Below, piece after piece: positions 10,767 to 20,474 of a stretch of DNA of 45,690 nt. The stretch's first letter is position 1; every line of letters begins with the position of its first letter. Under the pieces are notes generated by a model, which saw only the letters and a list, made by a program, of their open reading frames with translations, was not told the DNA's origin and ran no database searches. The translations under genes and the position numbers were made by a program. The stretch lies in contig CBDDUX010000045.1 of NCBI GenBank assembly GCA_965234725.1, forward strand, positions 1 to 45,690. Direction: 5' to 3'. This DNA is from Thermoplasmatota archaeon (GTDB lineage Archaea; Thermoplasmatota; Penumbrarchaeia; Penumbrarchaeales; Penumbrarchaeaceae).

Positions 10767-11729
10767 TCACAATCCTCTTTGTGGAGAAAAATCATGACCC
10801 TCAATGGAAGCCAGTATATCCTCCATATTGCTGAACCTTCCCTGATTCCGTCCCTCATCCATATTCGTAGGATTTTCCCCTGATGGAAAGATCGAAGTGA
10901 TCCTCCACTTTCCCTCCGGTGGATTACCCTCGAGGATCCCCATATGAATATCTTCCTTATCACCCAGGTGTTTGGATATAAAATCGTTGATCTCCGAGGT
11001 AGTGGATTCTCTGTCCACTTCAAGGATGCTGATAGAGGGGTACCTTTTGGAGATCGGATCATCTTGAGAAGGTCGCCCCTTGTCTATCAACCATGAACCA
11101 ATAAGGAACGGTCCTCCATCCTCCCGGAGGATGTTCCATGCCAGGGGTGAGACACGTATAGATGAAGGTTCCTCTATTCCTCTAAAGAGATTCTTTAATG
11201 AGTCTTCCAACCCTTTGACCGTCATATACTTTCCATTGTGACCCTCGATCTGGTCACCGGTATCTAAGTTCACAGTGATTCCGGGCCTTAACGGACCTTT
11301 CAGGAGAAGTCCGGAAAGGTTCAAAGCCCTTTCAGAAGGGTCCCGGGGACCATTCTTTCCGATCAGGACCACAAGCGATGGAAGGCCAACTCGCATAAGG
11401 AGGGTGTTGATCTCAACGGCTCCGGCTACCGAGGTTGCACCTTCCATTGTGGATACCAGAACTACAAGTGATCTTCCAAGAATATGGGGAGCTATCCTTT
11501 CCATCTCTTTCTTGAAGCAGACACGGGCCAGATTCAGGTTTCCTCCGGCCCCTTCACCCTTTACGACATCTTCCGCAACAAGTTCGAAAGAACACTCAGG
11601 CACCCGATCGGAGGTCCTGATATCGGTATCCAAGAAAAGGACCGTGTATCTCCCCATATCCATGGAGGCCCCTAAAATACAGGAATCACCGCCTATGAAT
11701 ACAACCAAAGGACCTCTATCTTCTCCCAT
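10767..11729 (-). CDS. Divergent FtsZ/tubulin-superfamily protein with degenerate GTPase motifs
   Basis: Colinear FtsZ landmarks: VVFIGGDSC (T1), FLDTD (T2), KGEGAGGN (T3), VLVSTMEGATSVAGA (T4 position), PSSIRVSPLAW...DGGPFLIG (T7 position), EGKWRITSIF (C-terminal strand). Confidence 0.72.
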   Translation of the reverse strand: MGEDRGPLVVFIGGDSCILGASMDMGRYTVLFLDTDIRTSDRVPECSFELVAEDVVKGEGAGGNLNLARVCFKKEMERIAPHILGRSLVVLVSTMEGATSVAGAVEINTLLMRVGLPSLVVLIGKNGPRDPSERALNLSGLLLKGPLRPGITVNLDTGDQIEGHNGKYMTVKGLEDSLKNLFRGIEEPSSIRVSPLAWNILREDGGPFLIGSWLIDKGRPSQDDPISKRYPSISILEVDRESTTSEINDFISKHLGDKEDIHMGILEGNPPEGKWRITSIFPSGENPTNMDEGRNQGRFSNMEDILASIEGHDFSPQRGL

Positions 11730-11778
11730 TGAGCGACCTGATGGTCATTGATACTGGCTCTAATAACAGTTTGCTTCC

Positions 11779-12462
11779 TCAAAGGAGGGCCCTTACTTCT
11801 GATTCGAGGATATCGGCATCGGTCACACCAACATGTTTCTTGGCTGTCTGGCCCCCCGTATTCAGAACATATAGTGTCGGGATAGAGGAAGCTGGGAACT
11901 CCCTGTTGAAATCCGAGTTTGACCTTGCGAAAGGCCATGTGGCACCTTCATCCTCCTCGAATTCCCTAATCTGTGCCATGGTCTCGTCCAGATCGGCACC
12001 CACGGAAAGGATCACCAATTGATCAGAGGTGAACCTTGAAGTAAGCTTGTCAAGCTCTTCCATTTGTGTCTTGCATGGACCGCACCATGTTGCGAACATG
12101 TCCAGTATTATGACCTTCCCTTCATACCTGTCAAGATAGATCTCAGAACCGTCGGTGGAACCTATTCGGATCTCTCCTCTGGGAACGGTCTTGGGTTCAT
12201 CGTTATTCTCGTTGGTGCCTTCATTTGTGCCACCACCTGAATCCACTTTATCGTTATTTAAAGCAAATATGACGACTCCGGATACCAAGAGGATGACTAT
12301 GATTCCTATCACTGTCATTGGAAGAAATGGAAATGGGGGTTTCTCCTCATTTGCTGATCTGGCAGGTCTTTTCTCCCTTCTCTGGCGGGAATTTCTGCTT
12401 CTGACCTTTTCAGAGTAGGACTTGCCCATGACTGTGCATGAGATCCACACATACATAACCAT
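11779..12462 (-). CDS. Membrane-anchored TlpA/ResA-like thiol-disulfide oxidoreductase
   Basis: Basic N-terminus, TM helix, GKVIILDMFATWCGPC active site, cis-Pro motif SIPTLY. Confidence 0.88.
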   Translation of the reverse strand: MVMYVWISCTVMGKSYSEKVRSRNSRQRREKRPARSANEEKPPFPFLPMTVIGIIVILLVSGVVIFALNNDKVDSGGGTNEGTNENNDEPKTVPRGEIRIGSTDGSEIYLDRYEGKVIILDMFATWCGPCKTQMEELDKLTSRFTSDQLVILSVGADLDETMAQIREFEEDEGATWPFARSNSDFNREFPASSIPTLYVLNTGGQTAKKHVGVTDADILESEVRALL

Positions 12463-12483
12463 TGGTATTGAAATGTTAGATGG

Positions 12484-14313
12484 TCAGACGATCCTCTTGA
12501 ACCATCGTTCCATCACTCTCAACGGAAGTCTGACCATTGTTGGCCTGCCGTGGGCGCAGTGGAGGGGGACCTCGCAGAGGAGAAGTTCTCCGATAAGGTC
12601 CTCCATTTCCTTCAGTGACAGCTTCTGATGTGCTTTGATGGCTCCCCTGCAGGCTGTTAAGGCAGTTACCCTCTCCTTGATAGGGAGCTCGATGTGGAAC
12701 GATTCGTCCGGGTAAGAGCATCCCTCATGATGTTCGTTGCCGGTTATCATATCTCTCATCACCTCATGCCCCTCTATCTTTCCCAAAAACTGGGGAAGTC
12801 CTCTCACTGATATCATATCAGTTCCGAACATCTCGAAGATGAAACCCATTTCCCTAAGGTCATCCTCAATTGTCATAAGATTGACAAGAGAGGCTGTGTC
12901 CACCTCGAAGTTCATGGGTTCAAGGAGCTCCTGAATAGAGGGATTCCCACTCTTCCATTTGGATTTCAGCATCTCAAGGCGTATCCTTTCATGGGCAGCA
13001 TGCTGGTCGATCATCAAAAGGTCTGCTCCGATCTCGCAGAGTATGTAGGACCTATCAAGTTGACCGATTATCCTTATCCTTGACCTTGCTGCTTCATCGG
13101 GTAGTGCGGGAGGTAGGCTTTCCATCCCTTCGATCAGAGGAGCCCCGTTCCATGGACTTACAGGTTGGTCCTGAGGTCGGACCTCATCTTCCATCAACGG
13201 GATCTGTCTTGGACTTCGGTCTATCTCCCTTTTCACCGCCTTTTGGAGGAAAGGACCGCTGGTCTCACATTCGGGAGTCTCCCTGTCGAAACCCTTTTCC
13301 TTGCCTGGTTTTCTTTTCATTCCTGAGAAGAGGGTGGCGGAAACGGTAGACTCTACCATGTTCATCACGGATGCTTCGTTTCCGAACTTAACGATATCCT
13401 TGGTGGGATGCACATTGGCATCAACCTGTCCCTTCCCGGCCTTGATGAATAATATGGCAAGTGGAAACCTTCCCTTCATCAATCGGCTTCCATATCCTCT
13501 CCGGACCGCTTCCACTATACCCTTGTTCCTAACTACCCTTCCATCTACCGATATGGTGATACCACCGGAATTCGACCTGGTTTCCCATGGAAGGGAGACA
13601 AGACCCTCGATAATGATGGACTCGGCCTTCCTGCAGACCAGTTCTATCATGCCCTTTGCGGTCTTAACGCCAAGGACCTCCGCAGCCCTCTGTCTGGGAT
13701 CATCAGTGGACTCACCCTTCATCCGATCATCTCCGTCCACCGTCAATTTGAATGCCACTTTTGGATCCACTAGCATCATGCGTTGGAAAACATCAATACA
13801 TCTGGCCTTCTCGGATTGAACACTTCTAAGGAACTTCTTCCTGGCCGGGATGTTCTCGAAGAGGTCTGTTACGGTAACTCTGGTTCCAACGGGACATCCG
13901 GCATCCTCAAGAGCAACAACCCTTCCTCCTGTGACCACGATCCTGGTCCCGATCTCGGATCCATTCTCCCTTGTCAACATCTCAACATTGGAGACAGATG
14001 AAAGTGATGCCAGGGCCTCTCCTCTAAAACCCAGTGTGGAGAGAGCCTCCAGGTCCGAGATGTCGGATATCTTTGATGTGGAATGCCTTGTGAATGCTAT
14101 CTCGGCATCCTCTCTGGACATCCCACAACCGTCATCAACCACGGATATCCTTGATATCCCTCCTTTATCCAGGAAAAGGTGAACACGGCCTGCTCCGGCA
14201 TCCAGCGAGTTCTCCACCAGCTCCTTGACGACGCTAGACGGCGACTCCACAACCTCTCCTGCTGCGATCTTGTTCACGGTCACCTGGTCAAGGACCCTGA
14301 TCCTCCGGGGCAT
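12484..14313 (-). CDS. mutL: DNA mismatch repair endonuclease MutL
   Basis: NKIAAGEVVE, KELVENSLDAGA, TLGFRGEAL, VDANVHPTK, endonuclease motif DQHAAHERIRLE, ACR, CAHGRP. Start reassigned to ATG at 14313 (MPRRIRVLD). Confidence 0.95.
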   Translation of the reverse strand: MPRRIRVLDQVTVNKIAAGEVVESPSSVVKELVENSLDAGAGRVHLFLDKGGISRISVVDDGCGMSREDAEIAFTRHSTSKISDISDLEALSTLGFRGEALASLSSVSNVEMLTRENGSEIGTRIVVTGGRVVALEDAGCPVGTRVTVTDLFENIPARKKFLRSVQSEKARCIDVFQRMMLVDPKVAFKLTVDGDDRMKGESTDDPRQRAAEVLGVKTAKGMIELVCRKAESIIIEGLVSLPWETRSNSGGITISVDGRVVRNKGIVEAVRRGYGSRLMKGRFPLAILFIKAGKGQVDANVHPTKDIVKFGNEASVMNMVESTVSATLFSGMKRKPGKEKGFDRETPECETSGPFLQKAVKREIDRSPRQIPLMEDEVRPQDQPVSPWNGAPLIEGMESLPPALPDEAARSRIRIIGQLDRSYILCEIGADLLMIDQHAAHERIRLEMLKSKWKSGNPSIQELLEPMNFEVDTASLVNLMTIEDDLREMGFIFEMFGTDMISVRGLPQFLGKIEGHEVMRDMITGNEHHEGCSYPDESFHIELPIKERVTALTACRGAIKAHQKLSLKEMEDLIGELLLCEVPLHCAHGRPTMVRLPLRVMERWFKRIV

Positions 14314-14377
14314 CCCTCTCGGAAGGTTGGGAGAAATATTAAGGGTTTCCAGTGATTGGGGCCAAAGGAGTGAGCCT

Positions 14378-17221
14378 TTGGTCAAAAAGGAACCTGTCGA
14401 TGGGGAGAAAAACACCATTACGGGACTGGAGGGACTGTCCTCGCGGGTAGCGAGGCATATGAAAGGAAAGGGGATAGAGGAGGCAACAGGTCCACAGATC
14501 AGAGCCTTCGAACCGATAATGGCTGGCAGGGATGTTCTATTGATTGCTCCAACCGGTTTCGGCAAGACCGAAGCCGCATTTGCACCTCTTCTTCAAAAAC
14601 TCCACGAACAGGAACGGGAAGGTGGCATTTCTCTCCTTTACATAGCCCCCCTAAGGGCATTGAACCGTGACATGCTCCTTAGGATGGGATCTTGGTGCAA
14701 GGACCTTGAGCTGACCATTGGAGTGAGACACTCGGATACCACTCAATCGGAGAGAAACAAACAATCCAGAAAACCTCCTGATGTCCTTGTTACAACCCCC
14801 GAGACCCTCCAGATCATGTTCACTGGGTCCAGGCTGAGAAAAGGTCTGGAAAGGGTGCGCTATTTGATACTTGACGAGATCCATGAACTCTATGGAGATG
14901 AGAGGGGGGCTCAACTTGACGTGGCCATGTCAAGACTTGATTCCCTTGCAGGGAGAAAGGTCCAGAGAGTTGGACTGTCCGCAACCGTCCAGGATCCAAT
15001 TGATGTGTCGAGATTTCTTGGAGGAAGCGAACGGAATGTGGAGATAATCAGAGGGATCTGGTCAAAGGAGTATTCTTTTCTGGTGGATTCCCCCGATGTA
15101 AGGGATGAGGACAAGGAATGGTCCAGGACACTGGGTTGTACCCCAAAAGTTGTTGCCGTGGTAAGAAGGATCAGAGAGCTTTCTGATGAATATCACTCGA
15201 TCCTGGTATTCGTGAACTCCAGGGACCTTGCTGAGGCACTTACCACCCGATTGAGGGCATTCGACCCGGACATCTCCCTGGGGATACATCATGGTTCCCT
15301 TTCGAGAGAGGCCAGGATGGAGATGGAGACCGAGTTCAAGGAGGGGAACCTGAAATTACTGGTCTGCACATCATCCATGGAACTCGGAATGGACATCGGA
15401 GTTGTGGACCTCGTGATACAGTTCAAATCCCCAAAAGAGGTGTCCAGGCTATTGCAGAGAGGGGGGAGGGCGGGGCACAGGATCGGAGATATATCCCGGT
15501 GCGTGGTCCTTGCAACAGAACCTGACGATATCCTCGAGGCCGGAGTTATTGCGAAGATGGCATACTCAGGGGAACTAGAAAGATCGAGATCAAGGAAGAA
15601 CATACTGTCTGTCATGGCCAATCAGATCATATCCACTGCTTCATCCGAAAAGGCAATCGGGATCGATGATCTGCTGGAGATGCTGAAAAGGACCTATACC
15701 TTCAGCAGTTTATCCAAAGAGGAGCTCCTCAGGATAATCAAATATCTCCATTCCAACAAACTGGTCTTCTATGAAGAAGAGGCCGGGATCGTGAAAGGGG
15801 GAAGGATCTCCAGGGAGTATTTCCACGAGAACATCTCCATGATACCGGATGAGAGAGTGCTCATGATCAGGGACCTTTCAACAAGGAAGGTGATAGGTTC
15901 TTTGGACATGGATTTCGTCCTTTCCAATCTGGAACCATACTCAAAGTTCATTGTAAGGGGTCAGCCATGGAGAGTGGTCGAGATAGGTGATGATGAGATC
16001 ACAGTGGAACCGATCACCGAACTGGGACCAGTTCCTGCATGGAGCGGTTCCGACATACCGGTTCCCTTCGAGGTTGCAAGGGGTGTTGGGGAGATACGAC
16101 AGGAGATCATCAAGGAGTTGAAGGAAGGGAGGGAACCGTCCCTTGAAGACTTCCCACTGTCAGACAATGCCAGAGGGGAGGTCCTGAAGATCTTCAAGGA
16201 GCAGGTTGAGGAGGATTTCACAACTCCCGATGCAGACACGGTAACCATAGAGATCGGACAAGAAGGTATTGTCCTTGGGATCTGTGGGGGGACCAAGGTC
16301 AATGAGACCATAGGGAGAGTGGTGGCGGCGTTATTATCTGCTAGGTACGGGGGTAATGTGGTGGTTGACTATGATCCCTACAGGATACTCCTGATGGGAG
16401 ATATCAGGATCAAGGCCCCTGACATTGAATGGGCCTTATCACATGCTCCGACGGATGATATGGAGTACATGCTTCCGGTCCTTCTCAGGAACTCTCCCCT
16501 TCTCAGATGGCAGATGATCCATGTTGCAAAGAAGTTCGGTGTCCTCAGAGGCGAGGTTGATCCGAAGAAATTCCCATTGAAGAGATTGATGTCCAGATGG
16601 AAGGACACACCTGTCATGGAAGAAGCATCTGGAAAGATCATGCATGAAAGACTGGATATGAACAGAGCAGGTGATATGCTTGAATCCATCGTGGAAGGGA
16701 GAACCGATCTTGTGATCCAGAAAGTATCCCCTCTTTCCATGTCAGGATCCCTCATGAGAGGGGAATTCATGACCCCGGGGAATGCAGGGTCCGAGGTGGT
16801 CCAGGCGGTGAAGGAGAGATTGATGATGGAAGCATCAAGGCTCACCTGCATGAACTGCGGATCGACCCTGAGGGTCACTTCTGAGAGGGCGAAGGGTATC
16901 AAAGGGTGTCATAAGTGCGGATCAAGATTGATGGCCCCCATCCCTCCTGGGGACCTGAAAACCAGGCAGGCGGTGGAGAAGGGATTGAAAAAGAAGAAAT
17001 TGAACAGCGAGGAGAAGAAAAGGTTCCAGGCGGCCCTGATGGCAGCCCAGCTCTTTTCCTCTTACGGATACAAAGCGGTCCTTGCCCTGGCGGGTAGGGG
17101 GATCGGTCCGAAAACCGCTGGAAGGATCCTTGAGGTCGTCTATGATGACGATGAGGAACTGATTCGGAGGATCTTCGGAGATGAGATCAAATATGCCAGG
17201 ACCAGAAGGTTCTGGGATTGA
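14378..17221 (+). CDS. lhr: Archaeal Lhr-family SF2 helicase with C-terminal zinc finger and HhH-like tail
   Basis: APTGFGKTEAA, YIAPLRALNRD, TTPETL, DEIHE, GLSAT, IHHGSLS, CTSSMELGMDIG, QRGGRAGHR; CMNC/CHKC; RGIGPKTA. Start reassigned to TTG at 14378 after GGAGTGA. Confidence 0.9.
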   Translation: MVKKEPVDGEKNTITGLEGLSSRVARHMKGKGIEEATGPQIRAFEPIMAGRDVLLIAPTGFGKTEAAFAPLLQKLHEQEREGGISLLYIAPLRALNRDMLLRMGSWCKDLELTIGVRHSDTTQSERNKQSRKPPDVLVTTPETLQIMFTGSRLRKGLERVRYLILDEIHELYGDERGAQLDVAMSRLDSLAGRKVQRVGLSATVQDPIDVSRFLGGSERNVEIIRGIWSKEYSFLVDSPDVRDEDKEWSRTLGCTPKVVAVVRRIRELSDEYHSILVFVNSRDLAEALTTRLRAFDPDISLGIHHGSLSREARMEMETEFKEGNLKLLVCTSSMELGMDIGVVDLVIQFKSPKEVSRLLQRGGRAGHRIGDISRCVVLATEPDDILEAGVIAKMAYSGELERSRSRKNILSVMANQIISTASSEKAIGIDDLLEMLKRTYTFSSLSKEELLRIIKYLHSNKLVFYEEEAGIVKGGRISREYFHENISMIPDERVLMIRDLSTRKVIGSLDMDFVLSNLEPYSKFIVRGQPWRVVEIGDDEITVEPITELGPVPAWSGSDIPVPFEVARGVGEIRQEIIKELKEGREPSLEDFPLSDNARGEVLKIFKEQVEEDFTTPDADTVTIEIGQEGIVLGICGGTKVNETIGRVVAALLSARYGGNVVVDYDPYRILLMGDIRIKAPDIEWALSHAPTDDMEYMLPVLLRNSPLLRWQMIHVAKKFGVLRGEVDPKKFPLKRLMSRWKDTPVMEEASGKIMHERLDMNRAGDMLESIVEGRTDLVIQKVSPLSMSGSLMRGEFMTPGNAGSEVVQAVKERLMMEASRLTCMNCGSTLRVTSERAKGIKGCHKCGSRLMAPIPPGDLKTRQAVEKGLKKKKLNSEEKKRFQAALMAAQLFSSYGYKAVLALAGRGIGPKTAGRILEVVYDDDEELIRRIFGDEIKYARTRRFWD

Positions 17222-17257
17222 GGTAACCTTTTTCAACCAAATACCGATAAGCCACAG

Positions 17258-18157
17258 ATGACCGAACTCATAGGTGAGGGGGCTGGCCTCGCGGCCTCTC
17301 TCTTCTGGGCCCTCTCTTCCACCTTCTTCGCTCTGGGAGGAAGGATGAGAGGCCACCAATCGGTCAACGCCATCAGGCTTATAGGCGCCACGATCATGCT
17401 GGCTGTCAGCCACTGGATCATCCTCGGCACCATCATCCCAGAAGGGTCCTTGTATATCTGGTTGATGCTGGGTCTCTCCGGGATGGTAGGGCTGGCCCTC
17501 GGTGATGGATTGCTGATGTGGGCTCATGTCACCATAGGGCCCAGGAGGGCCATGCTGATCATGTCCTTGGTGCCACTTGTCACCACATCGGTGGCATGGG
17601 TGATCTTCGCTGAGACCATTGAGTTCATCAAGATCCTTGCAATTGTTATAACTGTAGCTGGTGTCTCCTATGTCGTCGTTGAAAAGAAGAGAAAAGGTTC
17701 CATGTTCAAAGTGACCGGGATCGGGATCCTTCTTGGGGTCGGGGGAATGTTAGGACAGGCAATCCAGATGCTCATTGCCAAAGATGCCATAGAATCAATG
17801 GGTGGTGATATGATCGCTCTTTCCGCCACATATATTAGGATCTTATGGGGAACCGCAGCGATCTGGTTCGTTCTATTAATTAGAAAGAACCTTGGAAATT
17901 CATTCAAGGCATTCAAGGACAAAAAGTTCATGACCTACACAATGATCGGAACCGCTGTTGGTCCTTTTCTGGGTGTATGGGCATCATATCTGGCAATAGA
18001 ATATGCTCCTATCGGGATCGCATCCACGCTGATGTCGGTGGCACCCCTGATAATGATACCGATCTCCTTCTTTGTCTTCAAAGATAGACCGACATGGAGA
18101 GCATTGATCGGAACCCTTGTCGCAATCTCAGGTGTGGGGTTGATCTTCCTCACTTGA
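17258..18157 (+). CDS. DMT/EamA family transporter
   Basis: About 10 hydrophobic segments in two repeats; GLSGMVGLALGD and APIGIASTLMSVAPL motifs. Confidence 0.88.
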   Translation: MTELIGEGAGLAASLFWALSSTFFALGGRMRGHQSVNAIRLIGATIMLAVSHWIILGTIIPEGSLYIWLMLGLSGMVGLALGDGLLMWAHVTIGPRRAMLIMSLVPLVTTSVAWVIFAETIEFIKILAIVITVAGVSYVVVEKKRKGSMFKVTGIGILLGVGGMLGQAIQMLIAKDAIESMGGDMIALSATYIRILWGTAAIWFVLLIRKNLGNSFKAFKDKKFMTYTMIGTAVGPFLGVWASYLAIEYAPIGIASTLMSVAPLIMIPISFFVFKDRPTWRALIGTLVAISGVGLIFLT

Positions 18158-19219
18158 GAGGTATACTTTATTGACATATCGGCTTGTGTATAATGAGACC
18201 AGAGCACCGTATGATGGAGTGAAGTGGACAATATCTCCCACGTCATAGGACCTTTCCACATCATACAAAACCATATGATCTGATGAACCACCCAGCATTT
18301 TCAATGAAGGGTCTGTGGGTGTGAGGTCCTCAAGGATGGTATCCTGCCTCCCAAGTGCGATCACCGATCTCCTGATGTTGCCAATATCCTCGAAATCAGG
18401 TGTTTCTCCAAATGCGTTCTGTGTTACTGTCCCGAATGGAACGGAGGGTTTCACCTTTGCTTCGATTATCTCGGCTTCCACTGTAAATGCATCCTGAAAG
18501 GTGTTCGGTATCGCTTCCCGGTTGACCGTCTCAAGGCCAAGTAATATCCCCTCTCCGATCCTGAGGTTATCGATCCGTCCCTGTTTCGGTTCCTTAATAA
18601 GAAGCGGAATATTTCCGGAATTTCCCCCTGTCACCATATCGAATTCGAGACCCAGTCTGCTTTCCTGTTCATAGATGAATTCCTCGAACAGGTCCACCTT
18701 CTCTCTTGAGGGAACAACTCCTGCAAAACAAGCAAGATTCATTCCTATTCCGTACAATTCGATATGCTCAAGTTTGCAAGCCAGATCAAGTAATGGTGGT
18801 GTATCCTCCATCATTTCCCCCTCTCTAAGGTCACCCATTTCCACCATCACTACCACTTTATGAGTGATCCCGCTACCAACTGCGGCTTTCGAAAGGGCCT
18901 TCAATACAAATGGTTCCGAGTTAAGGGAAATATCTGCATACCTTACAACTTCGTCAACCTGGGTGATCATGGGAGTTCTAAGAAGCATCATTGGAGATCC
19001 AATACCGTTCTCTTTCAACTTCATGATGTTTTCGATCCTGGAATCCGCAAGTCCTGAGGCTCCCCCTGAAAGCATCGATCTTCCAATAATTGGGTCCCCT
19101 GAAGTTGCCTTGGTAACCCCGAAAATGGACATACCAGATCCCTCAGCCAGATCTTTGATCACTGAAGTATTGTTCCTGATCTTTTCGGTATCGATCAGCA
19201 ACCGGGGAAATCTATCCAC
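18128..19219 (-). CDS. Alanine/ornithine racemase family PLP-dependent enzyme (Orr/YhfX-like)
   Basis: GVTK (PLP lysine), LADSRIENI, EMGDLREG, GMNLACFAG, GGNS, RIGEGILLG, GSSDHM, PSYGAL. Confidence 0.88.
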   Translation of the reverse strand: MDRFPRLLIDTEKIRNNTSVIKDLAEGSGMSIFGVTKATSGDPIIGRSMLSGGASGLADSRIENIMKLKENGIGSPMMLLRTPMITQVDEVVRYADISLNSEPFVLKALSKAAVGSGITHKVVVMVEMGDLREGEMMEDTPPLLDLACKLEHIELYGIGMNLACFAGVVPSREKVDLFEEFIYEQESRLGLEFDMVTGGNSGNIPLLIKEPKQGRIDNLRIGEGILLGLETVNREAIPNTFQDAFTVEAEIIEAKVKPSVPFGTVTQNAFGETPDFEDIGNIRRSVIALGRQDTILEDLTPTDPSLKMLGGSSDHMVLYDVERSYDVGDIVHFTPSYGALVSLYTSRYVNKVYLSSEEDQPHT

Positions 19220-20474
19220 TCCCGTATACCTCCTTCAGAAATCCGATCAGATAGTTTGCAGTCTGAACCATTTCATCTACATTCACATATTCGTTGGGTG
19301 CATGGATATTGCCGCCTCCGGGTCCGAATACCAGAACAGGGGCCTTTGTTCGTGTCCCGAAAAGGTTGAAATCACCCACACTGCTGGAAGTGAAAAGGCA
19401 TCTCTGGCTCTTGCCTCTCCCTACCTTCCTTTCAGGAAGTCTTTTGTTGAAAAGCTCAATGAAAGGATCCTTTTCATTAATATAAGGCCTGTATTCAAGG
19501 TCCGGTGAGGGAGAGAACCTTTTTCTGATGGAATATTTGGACCTGATCTTCAGTGTCCGGATAATATCCTTCAACTCCTTCAAAACGGACCTGTCATCCT
19601 CTCCCAATGTCAGCTGTCTGTTTACGAAGATCCTGCATTTTGAGGGAACCGTGAAGGATTGATCCCCGCCATCAATGTTGAGGACCACATAATGACCCCT
19701 GCCCATCTTGATATTGGAATATAGATCGAACCTGGAGAGTTCTGTGATTACCCTTGCGGCATCATGAAGTGCATTGATACCCTGTGAGGGATGAGAGGCA
19801 TGAGCCGCCTTACCCACGAAATCTATTTCAAAAAGGGCCCTTCCCTCTGCTCCGATTATAGGAAGAGGGTATGAAGATCTGTGTATCTTCCGATGAAGGG
19901 TGCAGTAGTCATTGATCGCGAGGAGGGGAGAAGGTTCCGTGATGATGATCAGATCATGGTCGTTAAGGTCGAACTCCCGAAGGAGGGTGTCCGTACCCAG
20001 CGGATTGGGGGCTTCCTCCCCGTAAACACAGGAAAGGAACAGTTCACCTTTTAGATCCGGGATCTGCTGAGCGATCGATACGAAAGCTGTGATTGCTGCG
20101 GCGCAGCCTCCTTTCATATCTGCTGCACCCAATCCATATATCCTCCCCTCCTCTTCCACAGCACCGTGGGGAGGGTGGAACCACCCTTCCATGGGAGAAA
20201 CGGTATCAAGATGACAGTTGATCATGATCTTAGGGCCATTTCCAGATCCGATCCTTGAATACACATTGAACAATCCATTGTTTTCCTCGAAAGGATTGGA
20301 GATACCAGGACGGAATACTTCCATTCCCTCCTTATTCAGATGATCTTCCATAAACCGGTAGATCCCATCATCATCGGAAGCGGAACTTGGGATCTCTATC
20401 AATCTTCTGGTAAGTTCCACAAGTGAGGCCTGTTCATCCTCATCAAGGTGGGTGCTTTTCATTTCAATCTCCAC
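19212..20474 (-). CDS. M20 family metallo-hydrolase (ArgE/DapE-like deacylase/peptidase)
   Basis: CHLDTV, GLGAADMKGG, GEE, ITEP, GKAAHASHP, IHAPNE. Confidence 0.88.
   Translation of the reverse strand: MEIEMKSTHLDEDEQASLVELTRRLIEIPSSASDDDGIYRFMEDHLNKEGMEVFRPGISNPFEENNGLFNVYSRIGSGNGPKIMINCHLDTVSPMEGWFHPPHGAVEEEGRIYGLGAADMKGGCAAAITAFVSIAQQIPDLKGELFLSCVYGEEAPNPLGTDTLLREFDLNDHDLIIITEPSPLLAINDYCTLHRKIHRSSYPLPIIGAEGRALFEIDFVGKAAHASHPSQGINALHDAARVITELSRFDLYSNIKMGRGHYVVLNIDGGDQSFTVPSKCRIFVNRQLTLGEDDRSVLKELKDIIRTLKIRSKYSIRKRFSPSPDLEYRPYINEKDPFIELFNKRLPERKVGRGKSQRCLFTSSSVGDFNLFGTRTKAPVLVFGPGGGNIHAPNEYVNVDEMVQTANYLIGFLKEVYGSG

Noticed and set aside
14225-14565. Apparent 340-bp antisense overlap of the mutL and lhr ORFs
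   Set aside because: Artefact of longest-ORF calling; homology and RBS evidence put the starts at 14313 and about 14378, leaving a 64-bp gap.
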